Source: Spirochaetales bacterium
GTDB lineage: Bacteria; Spirochaetota; JAAYUW01
Reading direction: 5' to 3'
Assembly: GCA_012797605.1 (NCBI GenBank)
Contig: JAAZOT010000015.1
Span: 45,569-109,568 of the forward strand
DNA length: 64,000 nt
Under the pieces are notes generated by a model. The model saw only the letters and a list, made by a program, of their open reading frames with translations, did no database searches and had not been told where the DNA came from. Of this stretch, positions 48,316 to 58,446 are shown piece after piece (the first letter of the stretch is position 1; every line of letters starts with the position of its first letter). The translations under genes were made by a program, and so were the position numbers.

Positions 48316-49950
48316 ATGAGTGATGCTATTTTCAAAATACCGCAACCTGTTAATGAACCAATAAAAGAATATAGAAAGGGTTCACCAGAGAAAATAGAAA
48401 TTAAGAAAAAATTACAAGAGTTAAAAAATCAAAACATTGAAATACCATTGATTATAGATGGAAAAGAAATAAGAACAGGTATTACAGGTAAATGTGTTTT
48501 GCCTCATGATCATCATAAGGTTATTGGTACCTATCATAAAGCGACAAGCAAAGAAATTTCAATGGCTATAGAAGCTGCATTAAAAGCAAAGAAAGAATGG
48601 GAAAATATGAGTTGGTATCATAGAGCAGCGATTTTTTTAAAGGCAGCAGATCTTTTATCTGGACCTTATAGGGCATTGGTAAATGCAGCGACTATGTTAA
48701 ATCTATCCAAAACCATATTTCAAGCTGAAATAGATTCTGCTTGTGAACTTTCAGATTTTTTTAGATTTAATGCATACTATCTATCAAAGATATATGAGGA
48801 TCAACCTTATTCACCTAAATATAACTGGAATAGGATGGAATATAGACCTTTAGAAGGATTCATATTCGCTGTCACTCCTTTCAATTTCCTTTCTATTGGT
48901 GGAAATCTACCCTCAACTCCTGCAATCGTTGGAAATACTGTCTTATGGAAACCAGCTTCTTCTGCTGTTTATCCTGCATATTTTATCATGAAGATTCTTA
49001 TGGAAGCCGGACTTCCTCCTGGTGTAATAAACTTTATTCCTGCTAATGGGGCTGAAATTGGAGATATTGTTTTTAGTTCTAAGGATTTTGCTGGAGTTCA
49101 TTTTACTGGTTCTACTAGCACTTTCCAATCTATGTGGAAAAGTATTGGTTCAAATATTGCAAATTACAGATCATATCCAAGGATAGTGGGTGAAACAGGT
49201 GGGAAAGATTTTATCTTCGTTCATAATAGCTCAGATCCTTATGAGGTAGCCACTGCATGTGTTAGAGGAGCTTATGAATATCAGGGACAAAAATGTTCTG
49301 CTGCATCACGAGTCTATTTTCCATCTTCACTAGCTAACAAGATCATTGAGATTATGCTTGAACAGATTTCCAGAATCAAAATGGGTGATCCTGAAGATTT
49401 CACAAATTTCATGACAGCTGTTATAGATGAATCTGCCTTTAATACGATATCATCATACATAGAAATTGCTAAAAGAGAATCAGACACATACAGAATAATA
49501 ACCGGTGGGAAATATGATAAATCTAAAGGTTATTTCATTGAACCAACCCTGATTGAATCTAAAGATCCAAAATCCAAGTTGATGCAAGAAGAAATATTTG
49601 GACCAGTTCTAACTATCTATGTTTATGATGATAAAGATTTAGAAAAAACTGTTGAATTATGCAATGAAACATCAAGCTATGGTTTGACTGGAGCTATTTT
49701 TGCTAGGGATAGAAATGTTATTGTAGATCTTGAAAAAAAATTAAGACATGCTGCTGGAAATTTCTATATTAATGATAAACCTACTGGTGCAGTTGTAGGT
49801 CAGCAACCTTTTGGTGGAGCAAGGGCTTCTGGAACAAATGACAAAGCAGGTTCTTATTTGAATTTATTAAGATGGATAAGTGCTAGAAGTATTAAAGAAA
49901 ATTTTATTCCGCCTAAAGACTTTATTTATCCATTTATGGAGGAAGAATAA
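48316..49950 (+). CDS. L-glutamate gamma-semialdehyde (1-pyrroline-5-carboxylate) dehydrogenase
   Basis: 544 aa. Strong RBS AGGGGGAA. Aldehyde dehydrogenase fold with catalytic Cys in EYQGQKCSAASR (P5CDH/RocA-like signature), and N-terminal region and length typical of P5CDH. Confidence 0.8.
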   Translation: MSDAIFKIPQPVNEPIKEYRKGSPEKIEIKKKLQELKNQNIEIPLIIDGKEIRTGITGKCVLPHDHHKVIGTYHKATSKEISMAIEAALKAKKEWENMSWYHRAAIFLKAADLLSGPYRALVNAATMLNLSKTIFQAEIDSACELSDFFRFNAYYLSKIYEDQPYSPKYNWNRMEYRPLEGFIFAVTPFNFLSIGGNLPSTPAIVGNTVLWKPASSAVYPAYFIMKILMEAGLPPGVINFIPANGAEIGDIVFSSKDFAGVHFTGSTSTFQSMWKSIGSNIANYRSYPRIVGETGGKDFIFVHNSSDPYEVATACVRGAYEYQGQKCSAASRVYFPSSLANKIIEIMLEQISRIKMGDPEDFTNFMTAVIDESAFNTISSYIEIAKRESDTYRIITGGKYDKSKGYFIEPTLIESKDPKSKLMQEEIFGPVLTIYVYDDKDLEKTVELCNETSSYGLTGAIFARDRNVIVDLEKKLRHAAGNFYINDKPTGAVVGQQPFGGARASGTNDKAGSYLNLLRWISARSIKENFIPPKDFIYPFMEEE

Positions 49951-50014
49951 AAAGTTTTTTATAAATTTTACTATTAAAAATATTGGATTATACTTGATAT
50001 GAAGGAGCAGATGA

Positions 50015-50920
50015 ATGAATATCTTAATTTATGAGCAAATTACACCTTCAATTATTGATAAAATAAAATCTCTTGGGCATACTATTTATGATATCAGTGA
50101 AGATAAAACAAAGGAGGACCAGTTCCTTCCATTTTGTGAGTTAATTATTATAAAATCTAATACTTATATAACAAAAGAAATCATAGATAAAGCTAAGAAG
50201 TTAAAATATATAATAAAAGGTGGTGTAGGAATAGATCAAATAGATGCTGACTATGCTCATAACCTTGGTATTCATGTATTGAATACCCCCGATGCTCCTA
50301 TCATATCTGTAGCGGAGTATGTTTTCGGACTTATGATTTCTATAACGAGAAATATCCCTCAATCGGATTATGCTTTTAAAAATGGGGAAAGGAATCCCGA
50401 TAAGTATAATGGTTATGAGTTATATGGTAAAACCTTAGGTGTAGTTGGTTTTGGTAGAATTGGAAGAGAAGTAGCTAAAAGAGCATTAGCATTTGGGATG
50501 AATGTTATTGCTTGTGATAAATACTTGTCAATGTCTCCAATGCCTACTGTAAAACTTTACACATTAAATCAATTACTTTCGGAATCAGATATCATTACTT
50601 TTCACCTTACTTTTGATCCAAAAAAGGATAAACCTATTATTGATTTAGAGCACTTCGAAATGATGAAAGATAATGTCTTTTTAATAAATTGCGCTAAAAA
50701 TGGTATTATCAATGAAGTTGCATTGATTCAAGCTTTGAACAAAGGCAAAATCGGTGGAATAGCTATAGATGTTTTAGGTTTTGATTCTTCTTTGATACCA
50801 ATATTAAAAGACAATCCAAGAATTATTTCAACTCCAAATATTGCTTCAAAAACTTTTGAGACAGATTATAGAATATCTGAACATATTTTCACTATTATTA
50901 GGGGACTTGAGCAAAAGTAA
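50015..50920 (+). CDS. D-isomer-specific 2-hydroxyacid dehydrogenase (SerA/PHGDH-like, short form)
   Basis: 301 aa. NAD-binding GVVGFGRIGREVAKRA. Catalytic-domain pattern of the D-2-hydroxyacid dehydrogenase family. GGAG RBS 7 nt upstream. Confidence 0.8.
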   Translation: MNILIYEQITPSIIDKIKSLGHTIYDISEDKTKEDQFLPFCELIIIKSNTYITKEIIDKAKKLKYIIKGGVGIDQIDADYAHNLGIHVLNTPDAPIISVAEYVFGLMISITRNIPQSDYAFKNGERNPDKYNGYELYGKTLGVVGFGRIGREVAKRALAFGMNVIACDKYLSMSPMPTVKLYTLNQLLSESDIITFHLTFDPKKDKPIIDLEHFEMMKDNVFLINCAKNGIINEVALIQALNKGKIGGIAIDVLGFDSSLIPILKDNPRIISTPNIASKTFETDYRISEHIFTIIRGLEQK

Positions 50921-50940
50921 ATTAAAATATAGGAATTAAA

Positions 50941-52599
50941 ATGTCTGATTCTTTTTCTCCTATGAGAAATTTTAACCTTACAGTAGAAGAAAGATTAGAA
51001 CTTTTAAAAAAGTTAGATAAGTTACAGTTGTATAATAATGTAGATGAAGTAAATGATTTAATATCTGTCGAAGAACAGGAATCCTTCTTTGCACATTTTA
51101 GTCTTTCTTTTTTGGATACTATTATTGTTTTTTTTAGACAAATTTTATATGGAGAAAGTACTAAGCAATATATATTTAAAAAAGCTATTAGAAATGAAAT
51201 TAATTACCTTGCCCACCTTAATCCACCAGTTTTAGATAAAAATGGTGTTTTTATTCAACCATATTTTATTAATTTTTTATACGACGCAGGGAAGATTTCC
51301 GTTGATTATATTGAATTTTTTAAATTTTGGAAAAAAGTGATAGCTTCTAAAAACAATTTGATATCTTTTTCGCTTTACTATTTCGATAAAAATCAAATAA
51401 ATAATGAGAAATCTTTATTTGAAATATTTCAAGAAAAGAAACTTATTGAGTTAATCAAAGGTGATAAAGAATATAAAAAAGTGATTGCTCAGCAGTATTC
51501 CCTTATCAAAAAACATATTAGAAATAATGTTGAAAAGTTATTATTACAGTTAAATCAACTTTACAACCTTATAATATTCTTTACTTATGATTTCGATCAT
51601 CTTTTTAAGCTTTTATATCCTATTCGCTTTAATGATTTTCATCTAGATTTTTTCGAGAATCAGTTCCCAAATGTTCATATTGACAAATTCGCTAATATAA
51701 TAAGACCAATAAGCAGACTTTTCATGGTTTATCCATATTTTAATGAATTTTCAGAAGAATCATTAAAATTTTTCATAGATTATTATAATGAGATTTTTCC
51801 AGATATGCAGATAGATAAAAATGCTTTTTTCACAAGGTTAGTTTACTTTACGGAGCAGATACAATACTATGCAGCTAAAGATATTATTAATAGATTATAC
51901 AGAATAATTTATAAAAATCCATTACTACGAGTACCTTTTTATTCTATCAATCTTGATTTGAAGACATCTTTTGAAAAACAGATAGAACAAGCTTTGGATG
52001 AAAAGGTAAAAGAAGCTGAATTAGTAGTTGAAGATCAATTATTCAATGAATTTTACAATATTCTTAAAGAAGAAGGAGCCGATAAAGTTAAACCTCTTGA
52101 TGCCAATGACTCATTGATCCTACTTTTAAGCAAATTTGATTTACCTCCATTAAACTACTTAAAAAGTTATCTTATATTTTTTTCCTTTTTCAAAGGAATT
52201 TGGATGTCAAAAATATCCAACAAAGTCTTTCATCTTGTAGAATTTAAATATTATTATTTCCCTCAAAGTGACATAAAATCAATTAAAAATACCTTAGAGT
52301 ATCTGAATCAAACTTCTATTGATTTTGACCTTATTGATAAATTGGCAAATAATATAAAAATAGAAATGATGAAATTTGAAAAAAAAATCCCAAACAAAGA
52401 AGATATTTTAAAGCTTTCACTTTTATCTTCAGATCTTGACTCAAAGATGAAACAAACTTTAATTTCTGGAATAACTACTTTATTGAAAATGAAAAACTAT
52501 TTGCAGATAGATAATGCTGATAACGAAGTAACTATTGTGAAGCAGCAATTAAATAAATTTATGGATGTATTGCAAAGAATTTGCCCATATGACAAGTAA
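50941..52599 (+). CDS. hypothetical protein (552 aa, all-helical, no recognisable domain)
   Basis: Long uninterrupted ORF with AGGA RBS. No motifs identified by eye. Confidence 0.6.
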   Translation: MSDSFSPMRNFNLTVEERLELLKKLDKLQLYNNVDEVNDLISVEEQESFFAHFSLSFLDTIIVFFRQILYGESTKQYIFKKAIRNEINYLAHLNPPVLDKNGVFIQPYFINFLYDAGKISVDYIEFFKFWKKVIASKNNLISFSLYYFDKNQINNEKSLFEIFQEKKLIELIKGDKEYKKVIAQQYSLIKKHIRNNVEKLLLQLNQLYNLIIFFTYDFDHLFKLLYPIRFNDFHLDFFENQFPNVHIDKFANIIRPISRLFMVYPYFNEFSEESLKFFIDYYNEIFPDMQIDKNAFFTRLVYFTEQIQYYAAKDIINRLYRIIYKNPLLRVPFYSINLDLKTSFEKQIEQALDEKVKEAELVVEDQLFNEFYNILKEEGADKVKPLDANDSLILLLSKFDLPPLNYLKSYLIFFSFFKGIWMSKISNKVFHLVEFKYYYFPQSDIKSIKNTLEYLNQTSIDFDLIDKLANNIKIEMMKFEKKIPNKEDILKLSLLSSDLDSKMKQTLISGITTLLKMKNYLQIDNADNEVTIVKQQLNKFMDVLQRICPYDK

Positions 52600-52663
52600 T
52601 CAGAATAATTAACACAAGTTTTCTTTTTTCTATATTTTAAACAAATATTTAACAATAATAAAC

Positions 52664-52691
52664 TTGACATTATAGTTAATTTTGGTATTTA
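52664..52691 (+). promoter_or_regulatory. candidate sigma70-type promoter for the tRNA-fMet gene
   Basis: TTGACA (52664..52669), 16-nt spacer, extended -10 TGgTATTTA (52683..52691). This places the TSS a few nt before the tRNA 5' end. Confidence 0.35.
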
Positions 52692-52706
52692 TTAATATGC
52701 ACAAGA

Positions 52707-52779
52707 CGCGAGGTAGAGCAGTTTGGCAGCTCGTTGGGCTCATAACCCAAAGGTCGTAGGTTCAAATCCTACCCTCGCA
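52707..52779 (+). tRNA. initiator tRNA-fMet (anticodon CAT)
   Basis: Cloverleaf read by hand. Acceptor CGCGAGG / CCTCGCA with a C1-A72 mismatch. D-stem GAGC/GCTC with A11:U24. Anticodon stem TTGGG/CCCAA with three consecutive G:C pairs next to loop CTCATAA. T-arm GTAGG-TTCAAAT-CCTAC. Discriminator A. CCA not encoded. Confidence 0.85.
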
Positions 52780-52789
52780 AATTTAATTA

Positions 52790-52825
52790 GGGGCTATTAT
52801 TAAAAATAATAGCTCCTTTTTTTTT
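52790..52825 (+). terminator. intrinsic terminator downstream of tRNA-fMet
   Basis: GGGGCTATTA - TAAAAA loop - TAATAGCTCC (one G-U pair) followed by T9. Confidence 0.6.
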
Positions 52826-52947
52826 ATAAAAATACCTACTTAAAAATCATATTACTTTCGATATCTATTTATTTTAAATAGTCGAATAAATTTTTAGTGT
52901 GAATTATTCTTTTATCTGTTAATCATAGATAGATTTATTTCTTAATA

Positions 52948-54282
52948 TTATGAAGATTGTACAATCATAAAGTTTGGGATAAGATTTTTAATACCATTTC
53001 CTGTTTTTTTAAGTAAAAATAAAGAAGCCTCATCATCGGCTGCAACAAGATATTGATTATCAAATTTCATACTCAATTCTTTTAGGTCGCTTCCTTCTGC
53101 AAGTTTATAAATTGTTTTTTTATCAAATTTTAATACATATTGCTCATTGGCATAATCGATGCTACCCCAAAGTGGAATAGTTCCATATTTCTCCAATTTT
53201 GCTAACGCTTGACCTATTGATATCGCATTTTCAAAGATAGGTTTTAAAATTTTTGGAAATGGAAATAAAAATATTATATTTTTTTTGAAGTAAAGATAAC
53301 CTGAATTTATTATCTTCTCTATATTAAAATATGGATTTTTAGATAGCATTTTAATAAGTTTTTCAGTTTGATTATCAACAAATTCTATTTTTTTATTTGT
53401 TTCTTTTTGATGATAAACGTTTTTACTATTATTTTCAGTTTCTTCTTTTTTTAATATAGCGCTATAACCTCCAGCACATCTATCTTTGTGTGGCCATAGC
53501 CTTTTATTATGGATTAAATTTAGTTTGTTTTCTATTAAAAAATCTACTATATCCTCATTTTCCTCCTTAGAAAAAGTACATGTTGAATATATGAAATAAC
53601 TATTGTCATTTAGCAAATTTAACAAATTACCAGATATTTTTTTCTGTCTTTTAGCATTGAATAGAACTTCATTAAAGCTCCAATCATAAATTGATGTTTT
53701 CTTTTTGTAAATCAAACTTTCTCCACTGCATGGAAGATCGGCGAGAATTATATCGTATTTTAAAGGAAGGTCGTAGTAAAATTGAAAATCTTCATTTAAA
53801 AGGATGACATTTTTTAATTTGCTTCTAAATAGATTTGTTAGTATAGCATTGATTCTACCTTTTATCACATCATTAGCCAATACTATCGAGTTTGGAAAAT
53901 AATCTGCAAGTTGGGTTGTTTTCCCTCCAGGACTTGAAGCATAGTCTAAGATATAGTTTATATCCATATTATTAGGGATAATTTTTTTTAATTTCGCAAC
54001 AGGATACATCGAAGAAGCATCTTGAATGTAAAAATCTCCTCTTATGTAATCTAGTGATTTTGAGGGTTTTGAGTTCTTTTCAAGATAAAAACCATCTTCA
54101 GCCCAATCGATCTTATTTTCTAATTTATAAAAATCACCCTCATATCCAACTTTCTTTTTTTCATCTTTTGCATAACTAAAGAATCTTATTGATTTTGAAA
54201 CAGGTAAATTACAAGATTTAGCAAAATCCTCGATTTCATTTTCTGGTAAAATCTTGCTGATATGGCTTAAAAAATTACTCAT
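52948..54282 (-). CDS. RsmB/RsmF (NOL1/NOP2/Sun) family rRNA m5C methyltransferase
   Basis: 444 aa. SAM-binding LDYASSPGGKTTQLA, VLANDV, the ILADLPCSGE catalytic Cys region, and a C-terminal extension. Confidence 0.8.
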   Translation of the reverse strand: MSNFLSHISKILPENEIEDFAKSCNLPVSKSIRFFSYAKDEKKKVGYEGDFYKLENKIDWAEDGFYLEKNSKPSKSLDYIRGDFYIQDASSMYPVAKLKKIIPNNMDINYILDYASSPGGKTTQLADYFPNSIVLANDVIKGRINAILTNLFRSKLKNVILLNEDFQFYYDLPLKYDIILADLPCSGESLIYKKKTSIYDWSFNEVLFNAKRQKKISGNLLNLLNDNSYFIYSTCTFSKEENEDIVDFLIENKLNLIHNKRLWPHKDRCAGGYSAILKKEETENNSKNVYHQKETNKKIEFVDNQTEKLIKMLSKNPYFNIEKIINSGYLYFKKNIIFLFPFPKILKPIFENAISIGQALAKLEKYGTIPLWGSIDYANEQYVLKFDKKTIYKLAEGSDLKELSMKFDNQYLVAADDEASLFLLKKTGNGIKNLIPNFMIVQSS

Positions 54283-54305
54283 TTCAATCTATTATTTAAA
54301 ATATT

Positions 54306-55835
54306 TTATTCCCACTCTATTGTAGAAGGAGGTTTGGAGGTTATATCATATACAACTCTATTAATACCAGAAACTTCATTTACAATTCTATTTGATATTT
54401 TTTCTAAAACTTCATAAGGTATTTTATACCAATCAGCAGTCATTCCATCAACACTTTCAACGGCTCTTATTGCTAAAAGTTCATTATAGGTTCTATTATC
54501 CCCCATAACACCAACAGTTTTTATGCCTGTTAAAACAGTAAAATATTGCCATATTTTTCCTTCAAGATTCGCTTTTTTTATCTCATCACGAAGGATAAAA
54601 TCCGTTTCTTTTAATATATTTAGTCTTGTTTCTGTGATTTCTCCTATTACTCTTATAGCTAGTCCAGGACCAGGAAAAGGTTGGCGATTGACTGATTCAT
54701 CAGAAAGCCCCAATTTTTTTCCTAAGATGCGAACTTCATCTTTGAAAAGGTATTTTAATGGTTCTATTAACTTAAAATTTAGTTTTTTTGGAAGCCCACC
54801 AACATTATGATGACTTTTAATGGAAGCGCTCGTGTTTGTACCACTTTCAACTATATCTGGATAAATTGTTCCTTGAACAAGATAATTTATACCCTTATAC
54901 TTTTTCGCTTCTTTTGTAAAGGTTTCAATAAAGATTTTTCCTATAATTTTCCTTTTTTTCTCTGGATCACTTACACCTTTTAATTTTTTTAAAAACTCAT
55001 TCTTAGCATCGACAACAAAAAAATTTAAATCCTCTCTATTTGAAAAATTTTTTTCGACCTCTTCTTTTTCACCTTTTCGCAAAAGTCCATGATCTACAAA
55101 AAGGCAGATTAGATTTTTACCTATGGCTTTTGCTACAAGATTTGCAGCTACTGTAGAATCAACACCACCAGATAAAGCGCATATTACCTTTTCATCTTTT
55201 ACTTCTTCTTTAATACTTTTAATCTGCTGTTGAAGGTAGGAATCTATGGACCAATTTCCACTTAATTTAGCAATTTTATAGAGAAAATTTTTTATTATTT
55301 CAAAGCCATATTCAGTATGATAAACTTCTGGATGAAATTGAACTGCATATATTTTCTTTTCTATATTTTCAAATGAAGAGTTTGGACAAGCATCAGTGAA
55401 CGAGGTGTTTATAAAATCTGGAGGTAGAATATTAACAAAATCAGTATGACTCATCCATACATTGAATCTATCTGGAAGATTTTCAAAAATAGAAGAATTT
55501 TTAATATTTATTCTGACTTTTCCATATTCTCTAATATCTGATTTTTTGACATTACCACCTAAAAGTTTAGCTATAAGTTGTGCTCCATAGCATATTCCTA
55601 AAATAGGTATATTTAATTGAAAGATTTTGGTATCTATTTTTGGAGCATCTTCTTCATAAACACTTGAAGGACCTCCTGAAAAAATTATTGCAGAAGGATT
55701 TTTAGTAATAATTTCTTCAATAGGTAAAGTATAGGGTAGTATTTCACTGTAGATGTTTGCCTCTCTAACTCTTCTTGCGATAAGTTGGCTATATTGTCCA
55801 CCGAAATCGATAATTATGACTTTTTCTAAATTCAT
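54306..55835 (-). CDS. guaA: GMP synthase (glutamine-hydrolysing)
   Basis: N-terminal GATase ([26 protein letters not shown]), ATP-PPase SGGVDS, and C-terminal dimerisation domain. The ORF-track first codon at 55850 is TTG. The ATG at 55835 with AAGGG 7 nt upstream is the more likely start. Confidence 0.9.
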   Translation of the reverse strand: MNLEKVIIIDFGGQYSQLIARRVREANIYSEILPYTLPIEEIITKNPSAIIFSGGPSSVYEEDAPKIDTKIFQLNIPILGICYGAQLIAKLLGGNVKKSDIREYGKVRINIKNSSIFENLPDRFNVWMSHTDFVNILPPDFINTSFTDACPNSSFENIEKKIYAVQFHPEVYHTEYGFEIIKNFLYKIAKLSGNWSIDSYLQQQIKSIKEEVKDEKVICALSGGVDSTVAANLVAKAIGKNLICLFVDHGLLRKGEKEEVEKNFSNREDLNFFVVDAKNEFLKKLKGVSDPEKKRKIIGKIFIETFTKEAKKYKGINYLVQGTIYPDIVESGTNTSASIKSHHNVGGLPKKLNFKLIEPLKYLFKDEVRILGKKLGLSDESVNRQPFPGPGLAIRVIGEITETRLNILKETDFILRDEIKKANLEGKIWQYFTVLTGIKTVGVMGDNRTYNELLAIRAVESVDGMTADWYKIPYEVLEKISNRIVNEVSGINRVVYDITSKPPSTIEWE

Positions 55836-55863
55836 CTTATACCCTTTCAATTAGAATTTCCAA

Positions 55864-57330
<1,467 letters not shown>

Positions 57331-57606
57331 CTAAAAAATTTATTGCTTTTAACTAAACCAAAAAAAATTAAAGTCAAGGATAATATGCTTTTTATTAATA
57401 ATTTCTAAAACATAAAATTAAATTAAAAAATATTTATAAAAAAATAATTTTAAAAAATAGACTATAGATTAACTTGAAATTTTTTTAAAAGATCTTAAAA
57501 AGCTTATTAAAGAAAGATAATATAATTAAATAAACCATAAAATTAAAAAATCTGTAATTAGATAAATTTTTATAGTTTTTTTTAATTTGATTTTTATTTA
57601 ATATTT

Positions 57607-58362
57607 TTGAATATGAATATGGGATATTTTTTCGAAGATGAATTATTTGAGAATATAAGACACCTATTTGAAATTTATAAAGATTGGGATAAAAGTTTTT
57701 CAAATATTAAAAACTTATTAAATATTGATTGCCCTCCCTTATGCAGTAGCTGTTGCGATACTTCAGTGGAAAATATTCAAGCAACCATATTTGAAATGAT
57801 TCCATCGGCATTGATTTTTTATAAAATTCTTATAGAAAAGCAAGATTTCAAAGACAAAGATCTTGAAAACAAATATTTTGAAGATAAATTTTTTGAAGTT
57901 ACATTTTGGGAAAATAAGTTTCAATATGATTCTTTATTAAGTATAGATCTACCAAGTTTCTTTAATATAAATTCAAGAATCATTTATAATATTAAACAAT
58001 TACTTTTTAATGATAAGAAGTTCTCTAATTGTATCTTCTATAATAATGATAAAGATAGCTGGGGTTGTTCTATTTATAACATAAGACCAGCTATCTGTAG
58101 GCTTTTTGGATTTTCTTTTAAGAAAGGTAAAAATGATAATTTGATTTTTACCCCATGCAAAGTATTAAAAAAAACAAATTATAAAAGAATTAAAATAGAA
58201 AATAATAACCGTCAGATACCAATCTATGATAAATTTTATTATCAAATTTTAAGTTTAAATTTTTCTTATACCAAACAATTTTTCAATATAAACTTAGCTT
58301 TTAAAAAAGCATTTGAAGTTGTCTATTTTAAATTTAAGTATAATAATGAGAAAGTAAGTTAA
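57607..58362 (+). CDS. YkgJ family Cys-cluster protein (putative zinc/iron-chelating domain, UPF0153)
   Basis: 251 aa. CPPLCSSCC cluster and C-terminal CSIYNIRPAICRLFGFSF, matching the YkgJ C-x-x-C-x-x-CC ... C-x-x-x-x-RP-x-x-CR pattern. Confidence 0.6.
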   Translation: MNMNMGYFFEDELFENIRHLFEIYKDWDKSFSNIKNLLNIDCPPLCSSCCDTSVENIQATIFEMIPSALIFYKILIEKQDFKDKDLENKYFEDKFFEVTFWENKFQYDSLLSIDLPSFFNINSRIIYNIKQLLFNDKKFSNCIFYNNDKDSWGCSIYNIRPAICRLFGFSFKKGKNDNLIFTPCKVLKKTNYKRIKIENNNRQIPIYDKFYYQILSLNFSYTKQFFNINLAFKKAFEVVYFKFKYNNEKVS

Positions 58363-58446
58363 ATGCAGGTTTCATGAATAATAAATATTCTAACAAATAA
58401 ATTCCTTATAAGTAAATGTCCTTGCTTTAATAATCTTACTTTACTT

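Noticed and set aside
57485-57703. 72-aa minus-strand ORF spanning the guaB/ykgJ divergent promoter region
   Set aside because: It overlaps the ykgJ start and the intergenic region, has no RBS, and gives a low-complexity product.
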